NCBI GenBank assembly: GCA_951406725.2
Contig: OX597823.1
Location: forward strand, 114,266,001-114,330,000
DNA from: Octopus vulgaris
Taxonomy: Eukaryota
Length of the DNA: 64,000 nucleotides
Direction: 5' to 3'
The notes under the pieces are model-generated. The model saw only the letters and a list, made by a program, of their open reading frames with translations, made no database searches and was not told the DNA's origin. Made by a program: the position numbers and the translations under genes. Position 1 is the stretch's first letter, and the number at the start of each line of letters is the position of its first letter. Shown one piece after another: positions 12,041 through 25,884 of the stretch.

Positions 12041-14007
12041 TACCTGAAAACCCGGCATGCTAGAAGCAACAGGTAAACGACATTATTTCTGAAGAAACTT
12101 CACCGCTTTCCAAAAATCTAAAAGTGAAACTCTGGGAGTTTGTAATTTTTGCAAGTGATGAGCTGGTGGCAGATTTTAGTGATTTTAAAGAAAAAACGAA
12201 AGGTAAAAGCTCTTTGAAGATTCGTACTCTCTGTTGTTTGCCCCGTGGATTACCAAGAAAACAATTTTGGAAAATACTTTTAAAAAATGAAAAATCTGCG
12301 GTGGGGAGGGAGAAAATCAAAATATTGATAACGTGTTTTGGGGCAAAATCCTAATCTCCTCTATCGAAAACATAAGATGGAAGAAATTTGTGAAAAACAT
12401 AATGGGGCCGTGCAAATAGCACCTCGGAGATACTAGAAACAACAGGTAAAGAGAAATATTCATAGGAAAACTCCTTTTTTTATGCTTATATCGAAAATCA
12501 GCTTTTTTAAATACGCTCATCACAAACGCGAATTACAGAAGAGAAAAAGTTAATTTCAATTGGATTTGAGCTGTAATTTTGTGCGTGCACACAGCAGGAA
12601 ATAACAGAATTTGTACAGAATTTTTACCTAGTCTATGTGTTTGTGTGAGTATGTTTGTGTGAGTGTGTATTTGCGGGATGGGGGTGCGTGCGTGTGTATG
12701 TGCCAAAAGAAACTATTTTTATATACCTTTCTTAATTCCAACTGAAGAAAAATCTTGCACAGTTGTTTGAAAATGGGAGTTCAGCCCTGATTGGGAAACC
12801 GTGAAGAAGTGCGTGCGCGTATCTGTACGATTGATGCGTCCGAGAATCTGTATGAAAATGTACACATAAATAGCATATTAAAATAAGTTATCTTTACAGA
12901 CCTTGTTTGGAATTATCTGTATAATTGATAGCAAAGTGTGTAAAAAATTAAATGAAATCCAGATTTAGTCACGTATCGATGAAGTTAGTTAAGTTGTAAC
13001 ATGCTGTTGACAACATAGTGTCTGCATACTCTGTCAGCAGTGAAGAGAAGTGGGAGACGTCGCTGCCAAGTTAAGGACAAACATATTTAAACTTATTTAC
13101 CATCCGAAACTGGGATACCTTCGAAATTAGCTCCACCTGAAGGTATTTCTTCATCACATATAGAGAAATGTATGCCTTTAAATGAAATCTTTTTCGATGT
13201 GGCTTATCTTAATACAATATTTACGTTTACATATACATAAATGTTTGTCTGGTTTGATTACCCCTATATAGTTGTTGGACGATTAGCAATCATGCCTGAA
13301 CTACAATTTTGAGTGTAGTGTTTAAGTTGGCCTTCTCTTGGAATGAAGAAATGTATGTAAAAATAACTTCTTTTGCGCGCGCACACAAACACACACTCAC
13401 ACACTGTAGGTGAAACTTAAACACGAATTATGTTATTTGTTACTGTGTGCACGCGCAAAATTTCAGCACAACTTCAATAGAAATGACCTATTTTTATTTT
13501 GTAATTCGTGTTTGTGATGAGAGTATTAAAAAGCCTGATTCTCAACATAAACCTAAAAGGATTGTTTTGTCAGAAATTGCGTCGTGAACCTGTTGTTTCT
13601 AGTGTGTCCGAGGTGATTCCGCAGCACTTTTTTTTTTTCAAAAATTTGTTGGGAATCTTATGCTCTTTTATATAGGAAATTACGATTTTACCGAAAAATC
13701 ACGTTTTCGAAATTGTAAATTTCCCCTTCCCCTCTCCAACTGTTTAATTTTGAACTTTTTGTTCTTGTTTTTCTTTTTTGTAATCCACGTCGAGAAATAC
13801 AAAGATTACGAATCTTTACGAAAATTTAAGTTAAAACTTTTTTTACTGAAATAAACATTAAATTATCCCTCTCCAACCTCCATCACCCATGACCACCCCG
13901 CTTTCAAAAAAAGGTAAAAACTCGGAGTGTTTCAGCTTTCTTGAAAGCGTGTTTCTTCAGAAATAATGCCGTGTAGGTGTTGTTTGTAGCATGTCGTGTA
14001 TTGCGGT
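12041..14007. repeat. Pair of diverged, inverted ~600-bp related repeats (12041-~12680 and ~13390-14007)
   Basis: catgctagaagcaacagg...cattatttctgaagaaac mirrors gtttcttcagaaataatgcc...gttgtttgtagcatg, and cacctcggagatactagaaacaacagg mirrors cctgttgtttctagtgtgtccgaggtg. Confidence 0.55.
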
Positions 14008-14130
14008 GGGGGTTTGACATTTTTTTACGTGTGCTATTTCACTAAACGTCTACGCATGCATGAAACGAAAATGTAACATTAAATGCAAATCGAAACATTG
14101 CCCGAAAATGACTTCAGAATTGTGCCACCA

Positions 14131-14187
<57 letters not shown>

Positions 14188-14776
14188 ATATATACACAGA
14201 CATCCAAGAAGGAAATAGACACCTTTAATTTTCAAATTTCCTAATATAAGAGTCTTAATATTTTCATCGGTGTAGAATTTACAATGTAATTATTCTTTTT
14301 CATTCCAAGATTTGAAAATAGTCTGAGGATTTCTAACAAAAATAAAGTGCGAGCCTAAATACATACATACATGCTTACATACATGTATACATACAGACAT
14401 TCATACATGCATGCGCGATACTGCTAGGACAAAGCAGTATTCGTTTCCACTAAGTCTTACCATGCTTTCGGCGGGGAACCTGAATCACAACTATGTATGC
14501 AATCGATTGGACCGCATGGATACTTGACGCTCGTGAGGGTCCAATAAATTGTATCGAAGACAAATGCTGCTGATGACTTATAGATAAATATGTGAGTATA
14601 ATTGCATATTATATTGATAAAGAAACAATTGTTTAGCATTAATCTATCTTTTCGTTGTATTTCACTTTCCTTACGTTGTGGATAATGTTATTTCTTTGTG
14701 GAAACAACTTCGGTGGCGATACCAGAATGAGGAGCTATTTTTAGCACTAGATTTAACCACTTAACGGTAACTCTCT

Positions 14777-14813
<37 letters not shown>

Positions 14814-14941
14814 ATACATACACAGACACATACGCACACACGTACGCATACTTTTACCAAATATGGTCCTTTTCCATACCGAAATACTACTTGGTGAAAT
14901 TTGTTGGTTTTATTAAATTAATTATATTTCACCCTTTATCA

Positions 14942-14976
<35 letters not shown>

Positions 14977-15149
14977 TAAGAAAGTTGGTTTGTGAAAGCA
15001 CGTGGGTGAATATATAAAAAATAGTAAAGAGTGAAAAAACGACAGAAGGCTTAAATGTTAAAAAATATATATATTTGCGTCAATATGTCTGAAGAATATT
15101 AGAAAATTAAAAAAAAAATTGTTTTTCTCTTATAATGACAAAATTTTTA

Positions 15150-15188
15150 AAGAAAAACCGGTTTCGCATTTAGCTTTTCAAATTTCTT
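15150..15188 (-). ncRNA. Minimal type I hammerhead motif with U3-A8 covariant core
   Basis: Minus strand aagaaat TTGAAAA gc taaat gc GAAA ccgg TT tttctt, with palindromic stem III ACCGGT. It lies about 130 bp downstream of the GIY-YIG remnant stop on the same strand. Confidence 0.5.
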
Positions 15189-15319
15189 GTGACGTTATGT
15201 TTATGTTGAATAGAGTTATCCTTGTGTTTATGCTCCGGAGAGTTCTAAATAAGGGAAGGTAGTGGGTGATTTCTTCCGGTGTAAGGGAGATAATCGCTTA
15301 AAAATGTTTTTGTTTTCCC

Positions 15320-15595
15320 TTAATGTGAATTTCTCTGTATCAGTATGTTCGGATGGTTGAGTCTGGGCTTGTACTTTTCAATGAAGAATGTTTCCTTGTT
15401 TTGTCTAATTTGTGTTGATGATCCGAAAGCACATTGGTAAAATGGAAAGATTAAAAATTGTGGTAGTAGTTGCTTTGCGCATTTCTCAATGTGCTCACTA
15501 AAAGGTATCATTCTATATTCTGGGAATGCAATCTGTTGTCGATGCAGTGTGCATCTACGTCTGAGTGATAGTCCCGTGGAACCCACGTAGTCTTG
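15320..15595 (-). pseudogene. Penelope-like element GIY-YIG endonuclease C-terminal remnant
   Basis: DYVGSTGLSLRRRCTLHRQQI...SEHIEKC...FLIFPF...RQNKETFFIEKYKPRLN shows the YIG-type motif (YVG), conserved R..H, catalytic E and terminal P.LN typical of PLE endonucleases. Confidence 0.8.
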
Positions 15596-15615
15596 GTGGC
15601 AGCCCGAGCATTTTA

Positions 15616-16795
15616 TGACATAAATTATGTTTTCAGAAGCACAAGTAAAGTTAGATTTGATCTTGAATTTCTGTCCCTCTTTTCTACAATGCCCTTACAT
15701 CTATCTGATACACTTGCAAGGCCCCTCTTCAACGATTCAGTTGTCTGTAACGAAAAATACTCCTTATATACTTTTCTAAACTCGTTTACAGAATTCATAT
15801 TCTTTCCGTCCAAATTATGTTGAAGATTGCGGAATAAATGATAATTAGATGGGGCAAGGTCCGGTGATGCTGCGGCATCGTTTCCCATTCAAACTGCTCC
15901 AGCCTATGGAATGTCATCTTGATGGAACAACACCTTTCATCTTGAAACCAAAGATGGTTGTTTCTGTTCCAGCGCTGACTTAAACCGTTCAAGCCGCTCG
16001 CAGTTGATCTCCTTTGTTACCGTTTGCTTTCGGTTTAAAAAGTTCAAAGTGTAGTAAAGCTATCATGTACCACCAAACTGATAACAGCACCTTACGTGGG
16101 TGAAGAATTTCGCTAGCCAGGGGTGCCCGTGTTTCTCCTTTTCCCTACCCACTGTCTTTGGCGCTTGACATTTTTATAGAAAACCCAAATTTCTTCAGCA
16201 GCCACTATTTGGTCGATTGAAGATTCATTCGTTAGACGTGACAGGAAAAAAGATTACACATTTACACTCTGCGTGCCATTAGACACGAAAAGTTTGTGAG
16301 GAACCCATTGACTCAATTTTCAAACTTTTCCGATGGCACGCAGGTGCCGATAAACGGTTGAATGGCCAAATCCAAGCTTCTCTGCTAGTTGCTCAATAGT
16401 TAGGATAGGATTTTTTTTCCACCAGGGTTTGCAGGACGTCCTCAAAGAACTGTAGAGATCTTCCAAAACGAGGCTCGTCTTCTAGTCTGTAGTTACCGGC
16501 TCGGAATTTCTGGAACCACCGCTTGTTATCCGATCCCCAGACAATATTGCTCGCACTTTCTGTTGTGTTGCTGCCTTTATTGAACTCATAAAGGAAAGTA
16601 GGCTGAATATGCTCCTTTGTTACATCCATTATAGCTTTCAAAAAAATAACTGCTAAAATCGAACTGCACTCTTCAAAACTTGCACTAAGAATAAGTAAAA
16701 GTAAATTTACCACCTGCTTTTATAGCAAGGTGAGGCAGGTAGTTTATCTCGTCCTTCTTTAGTTCATGCATTTGCAAAACCGCATTATTTATGAC

Positions 16796-16796
<1 letters not shown>
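15616..16796 (-). mobile_element. Degenerate full-length mariner transposon with TIRs and TA TSD
   Basis: Frameshifted transposase: LYEFNKG...RWFQKFRAGNYRLEDEPRFGR (HTH), SQWVPHKL, PDLAPSNYHLF. Imperfect TIRs tgacataaattatg (15616) and cattatttatgaca (ending 16796), flanked by TA. Confidence 0.88.
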
Positions 16797-16843
<47 letters not shown>

Positions 16844-17830
16844 ATGTATATAAATATGTATATATATATATATATATATATTTGTATATATGTATATATA
16901 TATATGTATGTGTATATATATATATATACATGTACATATATATATATATATGTATATATATATGTATGTGTGTATATATATATATACTTGTATATATATA
17001 TATTTATATATGTATATATATATATATGTATGTATAACTAATGAGAAAGGGATTGACAGTAGTTCACATGCGATCTCAATTCGATTAGAGAATACCTGTG
17101 AGTGATTCTGTTTATTTGTGCGATTATATTTTTTGTGTGCAAAGATACGTATGTATTTTAGTACAACTTGTTTGTTTCGAACATCTGCTCCAAGCTAATA
17201 TCAGAAAAAGCTAAGTTTTCAAAAAGTACTTGTATAATTCGTTTGTAAATTTTTATTTTAATATTTAATTTATATATTATCACTGCTTTCAATATTGTCA
17301 ATGCAATAGCGACATCGTCAACAGCCCCACGCGGCTGCATAGCAATTGTGCTCGATTCCAGCCGCCAGCCACGAGTAAAACACTTGATTATAACTTTTCT
17401 GATGAGATTAATATTTGAAAACTAAAGAGTCAGAAAAATACATGATGAATATGCGATATATAATGTCGGAAAGAATTCAGCCAGACTGAAGCAAAATTTA
17501 TAAAATGTTCGGTAAACACGTGTTTATAACCTCGTGGATACTCATGCATACGAATAAAGAGACATATGTGTTTGCAAAAACACGTTAGGGAATCTGGGCA
17601 TATGTTTGAACACGTTTGAGTGTATGCGTTTGTGACTGCACGTAAAAGGATCCGTGTGAACATCGTCTGTAAAAGTACACATTATACACGAACACTCATA
17701 AAGATGTGGATTTAAATTTTAAGAACATTTGTTCTTGAAAAATTTAAATCTACATCTTTGTCTATATATCTACCTTCTCTAAAATTTTGCAACTTGATAT
17801 GAAAATTTTTGTATTAATGGAAAACGTCTA

Positions 17831-17923
17831 TAATTGGCTGATGAGTACTCAGCATTTTAAAACTGTTGTAATACTTTCAGCATTTAATAAAATGATGTAG
17901 TACGAAACGATCGTACCAAATTA
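17831..17923 (+). ncRNA. Type I hammerhead ribozyme motif, canonical core, long stem II
   Basis: taattgg CTGATGA gtactcagcatttt...aaaatgatgtagtac GAAA cgatcg TA ccaaatta. Palindromic stem III ACGATCGT, GUA triplet, stem I ttgg/ccaa. Confidence 0.75.
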
Positions 17924-18049
17924 CCGGAGTCATTCTTGTTGCTTATTTTGATTGTAATCACCACAAGGATTTTTATGAGTAACACCATACAGAATTCTGG
18001 TGCATCTAAATTAAGTACCATATTCATTTGAATCTAAATTTTTGCTGAA

Positions 18050-18110
<61 letters not shown>

Positions 18111-18152
18111 GTATATATATATATGTACATACAGACATACATACATGCATAT

Positions 18153-18202
<50 letters not shown>

Positions 18203-18819
18203 GTATAAATGTATGCACGTGTACATAAAGACTTGCGTATATACGAACGTACGTGGAAATAAAAGCACACACATACGCACACATACATACGTAATTATAT
18301 ATTAATACATAAAATTTATTAATAAAATTTACGCATTTTCACATATACATGTGTGTGTGTGTTTGCAATGACTCACTAAAAAAGGATAATTATAATTCTC
18401 ACTGAATGTGGGTAGAAATAAGAGCTAAACAGTTTTCACGGTGTAAACGCACATGAATGAAAACTTATACACTAAAAGACACACACAAACACATATACAT
18501 ACGTATATATATGTGTGTGTGTGTGTGTGTGAGTGTGTGTGTGAGTGTGTGTGTGTCTGTGTTACCGAACGCATATACTCAGTAAGTATGTGTCTTTTTG
18601 ATCGCCAGATTCGCAGCGCTATACCGCTTGGTGACTACTCAACTTATAATGCTATATGTTAAAACACCTGAAACTCACACACAGGTGAGCCAACGCGCCC
18701 GGGATTCAATTCAGGAGTGATGGATACCGATATTTCGCCATTTATATAGCTTATCAACATCACCAATCGAATTACCAGTTTATGCATATATAGTCATAGA
18801 CTAGCTATATCTGACATTA

Positions 18820-19239
18820 CAAGGCGGCGAGCTGGCAGAAACGTTAGCACGCCGGGCGAAATGTGTAGCCGTATTTCGTCTGCCGTTACGTTCTGAGTTC
18901 AAATTCTTCCAAGGTCGACTTTGCCTTTCATCTTTTCGGTGTCGATTAAACAAATACCAGTTACGCACTGGGGTCGATATAATCGACTTAATCCGTTTGT
19001 CTGCCCTTGTTTGTCCCTTCTGTGTTTAGCCCCTTGTGGGTAGTAAAGAAATAGATATTTCGTCTGTCTTTATGTTCTGAGTTCAATTTCCGCCGAGGTC
19101 GAGATTTGCTTTTTATCCTTTCGGGGTCCATTAAATAAGTACCAGTTTCGCACTGGGGTCGTTGTAATCGACTTAATCCCTTTGTCTGTCCTTGTTTGTC
19201 CCCTCTATGTTTAGCTCCTTGTGAATAGTAAAGAAATAA
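18820..19239 (+). mobile_element. Dimeric family-A SINE with 13-bp TSD
   Basis: Full monomer to ~19053, then a repeat starting at tatttcgtctg. TSD atatctgacatta at 18807-18819 and 19240-19252. Confidence 0.85.
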
Positions 19240-19328
19240 ATATCTGACATTAATACGCGCTGCAAATTTCTAAATAGAATATCTGATAACAGAACTAGTG
19301 ACATCTTAAGGCATAGACACACTTGACA

Positions 19329-19472
19329 GTCAGTTCTAGAATCCCAATTCTAACTTACTTAGGCTATTGCTTGCTGTCAGGTCTAGAATCCCAATTCTAA
19401 TTTACTTAGGCTATTGCTTGCTGTCAGGTCTAGAATCCCAATTCTAATTTACTTAGGCTATTGCTTGCTGTC
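19329..19472. repeat. 47-bp minisatellite, 3 copies
   Basis: tctagaatcccaattctaa(c/t)ttacttaggctattgcttgctgtc starts at 19335, 19382 and 19429. Confidence 0.9.
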
Positions 19473-20083
19473 TATAGATAAATATTGTAAGGCCAATTGC
19501 ATTGTTTTGCCCGTGTAACTATAATGATCCTAAGGCATCCCCGTGTAAGACCTATTTTACGTGTGGTGATGGAAAAACGCTCTAAAATTGTACACCGCTA
19601 GCTAAATGCCTTATCAATCCGATGGTGAATGCACGTGGCATATAACTATTGGAGACTGCTTTATGTCACCCACGACATCTTAACCATCTACGCACCCCAA
19701 AACAAACAATTATGTGTGGAGGTCTCAAGGAATTGAAAACATGTTGAGAAATGCATTAACTAGCATTCACGGTTAACATCAAACAGCCAGAACTATAGAG
19801 AATTTGACAATTAAAGAATATATTTTTATTATATAGCCAATTAAATGAAGGCGAGCTACATTGTCTAATAAAGTCTTTATTATATAATATCACTGCCGTA
19901 AAATTTTTAACGTTTATGCAGTTTTCCTGCAAGTCTTTGCTGCTCTCTAATTTGCACCCGACTTCCGACGACCACTTATCTTTCTTCTTCTTCGCTTTCT
20001 TTCTTCTCTCCACTATTCTTCTCTCCTCTTTTCAATATGCCTAGCATCCAACACCTTTACCCACCACTTCGACTCTCGTCTCG

Positions 20084-20397
20084 TCTTCTTCTTCTTCTTC
20101 TTCTTCTTCTTCTTCTTCTTCTTCTCTTCTTCCTTTTCTTCTTCTTCTTCTTCTTCTTCTCCTTCTTTTTCTCCTCCTCCTCCTTCTTCTTTTTCCTGTT
20201 TTCTTCTCTTCTTCTTCTTTTCTTCTTTTTCTTCTTTTCCTCCTCTTCTTTTTTCTTCTTCTCTTCCTCCTCCTTCTTCTCCTTCTTATACTTTTTACCT
20301 CTTCCTCTTCTTCTTTTTCTTCTTCCTGTTCTTCTTCTTCTTCTTCTTCTTCTTCTTCTTCTTCTTCTTCTTCTTCTTCTTCTTCTTCTTCTTCTTT
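20084..20397. repeat. (CTT)n polypyrimidine microsatellite
   Basis: Pure and degenerate ctt/cct triplets. Confidence 0.95.
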
Positions 20398-20703
20398 CTA
20401 TTACATATCCTACTTCATTTACTGGGGAAGAAATTGCGCCCGAAATATTAAAGAACCTTTCACCATATTTCCAATCGCTTTAAAACTTATCTTTATGATG
20501 TTTTATCTTGCTTTTCCTCATACTCACATGTGCACATGCACATACACACACATACACATACACACTCACACACACACACACGTGTATATGTACACATATA
20601 GATGTCTATATAGACGTATAGAAGTCTACCAGACAAATTAAATATAAAAATAAAATTTCTGATCTCAGATATATATACATACATATACACACACACACAC
20701 ACA

Positions 20704-20736
<33 letters not shown>

Positions 20737-20852
20737 AATATATATATTTGTACAAATATTCTTTATATAGAAGTAAGGATAAAATCACTTTAATATTTAT
20801 ATACATATATATACACATATACGGTTTATATATATATATATATATAAATATA

Positions 20853-21107
20853 TCAACATCACAATCAAGGAACGGCCATAATAGGCCATTCACCCACTAG
20901 AAATAACAGCCAAAGCTTCAACCGCAAAATAACATTAATTCCGCAAACCAGGAGAAAATTTTTTAAAAATTTTTAAAAAACGTTTACCCTGTTTTTTTTA
21001 ATTTTCTCCTGGTTTGCGGAATTAATGTTATTTTGCGGTTGAAGCTTTGGCTGTTATTTCTAGTGGGTGAATGACCTATTATGGCCGTTCCTTGATTGTG
21101 ATGTTGA
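20853..21107. repeat. Near-perfect 108-bp inverted repeat (fold-back) next to (TA)n
   Basis: Arms 20853-20960 and 21000-21107 are reverse complements with one visible mismatch, separated by a 39-bp spacer. Confidence 0.92.
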
Positions 21108-21213
21108 ACTTATAAATGGTCTATGACTATTTAATTTTTTCCCCACTAGGCCGCTGGTGACAAAAAAATTCTACAAAATTTTTTGCCACCCTATATTGAT
21201 TAATTATATATAA

Positions 21214-21265
<52 letters not shown>

Positions 21266-21276
21266 AAACATAGATG

Positions 21277-21316
<40 letters not shown>

Positions 21317-21361
21317 TTAAACTGTGATTAGTAATTCCATGTTGATATGAAATTATGTTTA

Positions 21362-21392
<31 letters not shown>

Positions 21393-22030
21393 TCTTTGCT
21401 TCATACATTTTTATTGTTAGTTTTCTTGTTTTTCTCTGTTTCTCTCATATTCCCTTTATTATTGTTGCTGATACTTTTATATGTATATCTTGCTTTGCTA
21501 TGTTCCGTTTCGTATGCATTTTTTTTTTATTGTTGATTTGTTCCTTAAATACAAACACTCTTTACATCTTTACATCTTTGATGTTCTTGTTGTTGTTGTT
21601 CTTCTGGTCCCTATATATTATAGTTTCTATGTAATATTGGTGGTGAGGGTGATGCTTTTGAAATGATCGTTGTAACTATTATTGCTATTAACATTGGTGT
21701 TTCCTAATTTTTTCCATATATATATATATAATATATAATATATACTGGACCTAGAGTTACAATTGATGCATTCATTTGTTCATCCTGGCAACAATAAATT
21801 TTCATTCTACATTGTATTGTTCTTGCTGTTGTCGATGTCGATGTAATTCACTGTTTCACTGGTGTTAATTCTTTTATCTTTATAATTGATGTTCTGTTAT
21901 TGGGTTATTTATTTATTTATTTCTTCCGTTACACCTATTTTTCACACACACACACACACACACACACATACATACATATATATACGTATACATATGTCTA
22001 TATAGGTATGATATATAATATATATGATGA

Positions 22031-22079
<49 letters not shown>

Positions 22080-22143
22080 TATATGTATGTATGTGTGTAT
22101 GTGATTATGTTCGATATTACTGCAAACTTCAAATATGGATAGC

Positions 22144-22183
<40 letters not shown>

Positions 22184-22496
22184 CTGTTTGTGTTTATGTA
22201 TATATATATACACACACACACATTTGCACATACAGACGTGTGCATGTAAGTAATGTAAATATGAGAGCATAGCTTCATACCCTAAGGGTTAGTGACGAGA
22301 AACTTCGATTTGCAATTCAGACTCCGATTTTAAAATGTGTGTGTGTGCGTGTGTCTGTCTGTCTGTCTGTGTGTGTGTGTGTGTACGTTTGTGTTTGTAT
22401 GTGTCTGCAGGCTCGCTTATGTTGTATATGTGTGTATACCTATATAAGAGAAAATAATAGATCAATGTATTCGTGCGGACCTAATAGGTGATGGTG

Positions 22497-22544
<48 letters not shown>

Positions 22545-23395
22545 CCAATGACACACCTTCAGTGAGAAAGTGGGAGAGTCTGAGAGAGATAGAGGAGGGT
22601 ATTCATTTCAAACTGATAAAGCTACCTTATTGACAACGTAGCCTCCTTCCGCATATTTTAGTCAGTAAGATGTAAATTTATTTCCATCAATTTAGTTTCA
22701 CTTCTCATGACTTTTTATCTTCCATTTCCTCCAGTTAAATTCCACCCCGACCCCACCCTATTTTTTTCTTCTTACTTCGCTAAATAATTTATACATTTCT
22801 TAGTCATACTTTGGCTAACACAGTTTTATACACAAACGTTTCAAATGTAATTTGCTTTAGATTGAGATGCTGAATAGATTTTAGAGCACAAAAAGTAAAA
22901 CACTGGCAATGAATGATTATAGCAGAGCTGACTAGGTAACTATACGGTGTCGAAACTACAAGCTTTCGCGTTCAATCCTGCAGCGCGGATTTTTGTAGTG
23001 CCTTCTACAAAAACCTTTCAATAATCTTTTTCAGTAAAATTTGGAAATGAAAGCATCGTTTCTATTTTCGGTTGGCAGTGGTAGACATAACCTTCGTTTC
23101 TGGCTGATAATTATCAATTTGTGCTCGGGTACTTTAGTTGGTGTTTGGATTTTACATTTCTTCCACGAATGAGAGAAGTCTTGAAAACTCTTTACATGGT
23201 ATACTAAAAGCATAAAAAAACAAATAAGACTTTTCATAATAATTCTCATTTTGGAATAAGATCAACAACTTAAGTGGGGAGCGGTAAGTCGATAACATGG
23301 AGCACACTGTTTAACTAGATTTGTTATCGATTCCGAAAACATAAAAGACAGAGTGAGCAGGAACATGAACGCAGAATATACGTACGTACATACGT

Positions 23396-23432
<37 letters not shown>

Positions 23433-23702
23433 CATAAATTTGAATTTAAAATAACAATTTTAAATAACAAGGATGAAAAATTAAATATTAATTTGATTTC
23501 TATCAACTTAAAACTAGTGGTGTAGCATATTGAAAAAGCTGAAGCTTCAGAAAATTTTGTATTACATACATATAAGAAAATTTTAAAAACGTTCTGGCGT
23601 TTGCTAAATTTTCTTGAGTACATTCCTTTCTTAGTGGCGTGACCATAGTGGATCTTCTAGCATAATGGATGTCCACTTACAGGTCATCCCTTTTATATGT
23701 GT

Positions 23703-23825
<123 letters not shown>

Positions 23826-23899
23826 TAAAAACGGTAAGATAACAAAAGAAAGGAAGAGACCTTAATATTATGTAAATAGAGGAAGTTTATCTATAAAAT

Positions 23900-25081
<1,182 letters not shown>

Positions 25082-25637
25082 TATCCAGTTTTGTCCAAAG
25101 GTCCCCTGACAGTAAAACAAAACCATAAAATTCCAAAATATGTTTTATGTTTATCTTCTGAATGAAAGAAAGGAAGGAGAACAAGACAGGGAAAGATATA
25201 GACAGAAGAGTACGCCACTTTTACTCCTCCGCAAAAAAATCCCAAATTTTATTTTATTTATTTTGCGGGAAGGACTGTTTCATGAAGTCGCGTTTTGTTC
25301 TTACCTTTGTAACGCGGAGTAGACGAAACAGGGACAACTGAAGAAGGGGAATATTCCTTGTGTTGTATGTCCAGGACTCCGTTTTTCGTACTTTGAAAAA
25401 TAGTTCGTTTCCATGTTTTTCTTTTTATGTTTTTGTTTCTCATTGTGTTTTACGTTTTTTTTTCACGTCCTGTACCCATATATGCATGTATATATACATA
25501 TATATGTAGGTATGTACATATATGTATGTATGCATATATTTATATATCATTTATATTATTATATGATCGAACGCCACGCATCCTTTTCCAGGTAAGTTTT
25601 ATCTATATATATATATTTATGGACATCTAAAAAAAAA

Positions 25638-25703
25638 GATTGTAAGATTGTCTATTTACTTCTGTAATATCTCTCTCCTCTCTCTCTCTCACTCTCTCTC
25701 TCA

Positions 25704-25759
<56 letters not shown>

Positions 25760-25884
25760 ACATACACATATTTATATTCACATATACATATACGAATACA
25801 TATATATAAGCATATATATATATAGAGAGAGAGAGGGGGGAGGGGAGTGAATTATTACAGAAGTAAATAGACAATCTTACAATC
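25638..25884. repeat. 31-bp perfect inverted repeat enclosing (CT)n-(TA)n...(TA)n-(GA)n
   Basis: gattgtaagattgtctatttacttctgtaat (25638-25668) and its exact reverse complement (25854-25884). Confidence 0.85.

Noticed and set aside
19329-19472. Possible CRISPR-like array
   Set aside because: The 47-bp units are contiguous with no unique spacers, and the context is eukaryotic. It is a minisatellite.
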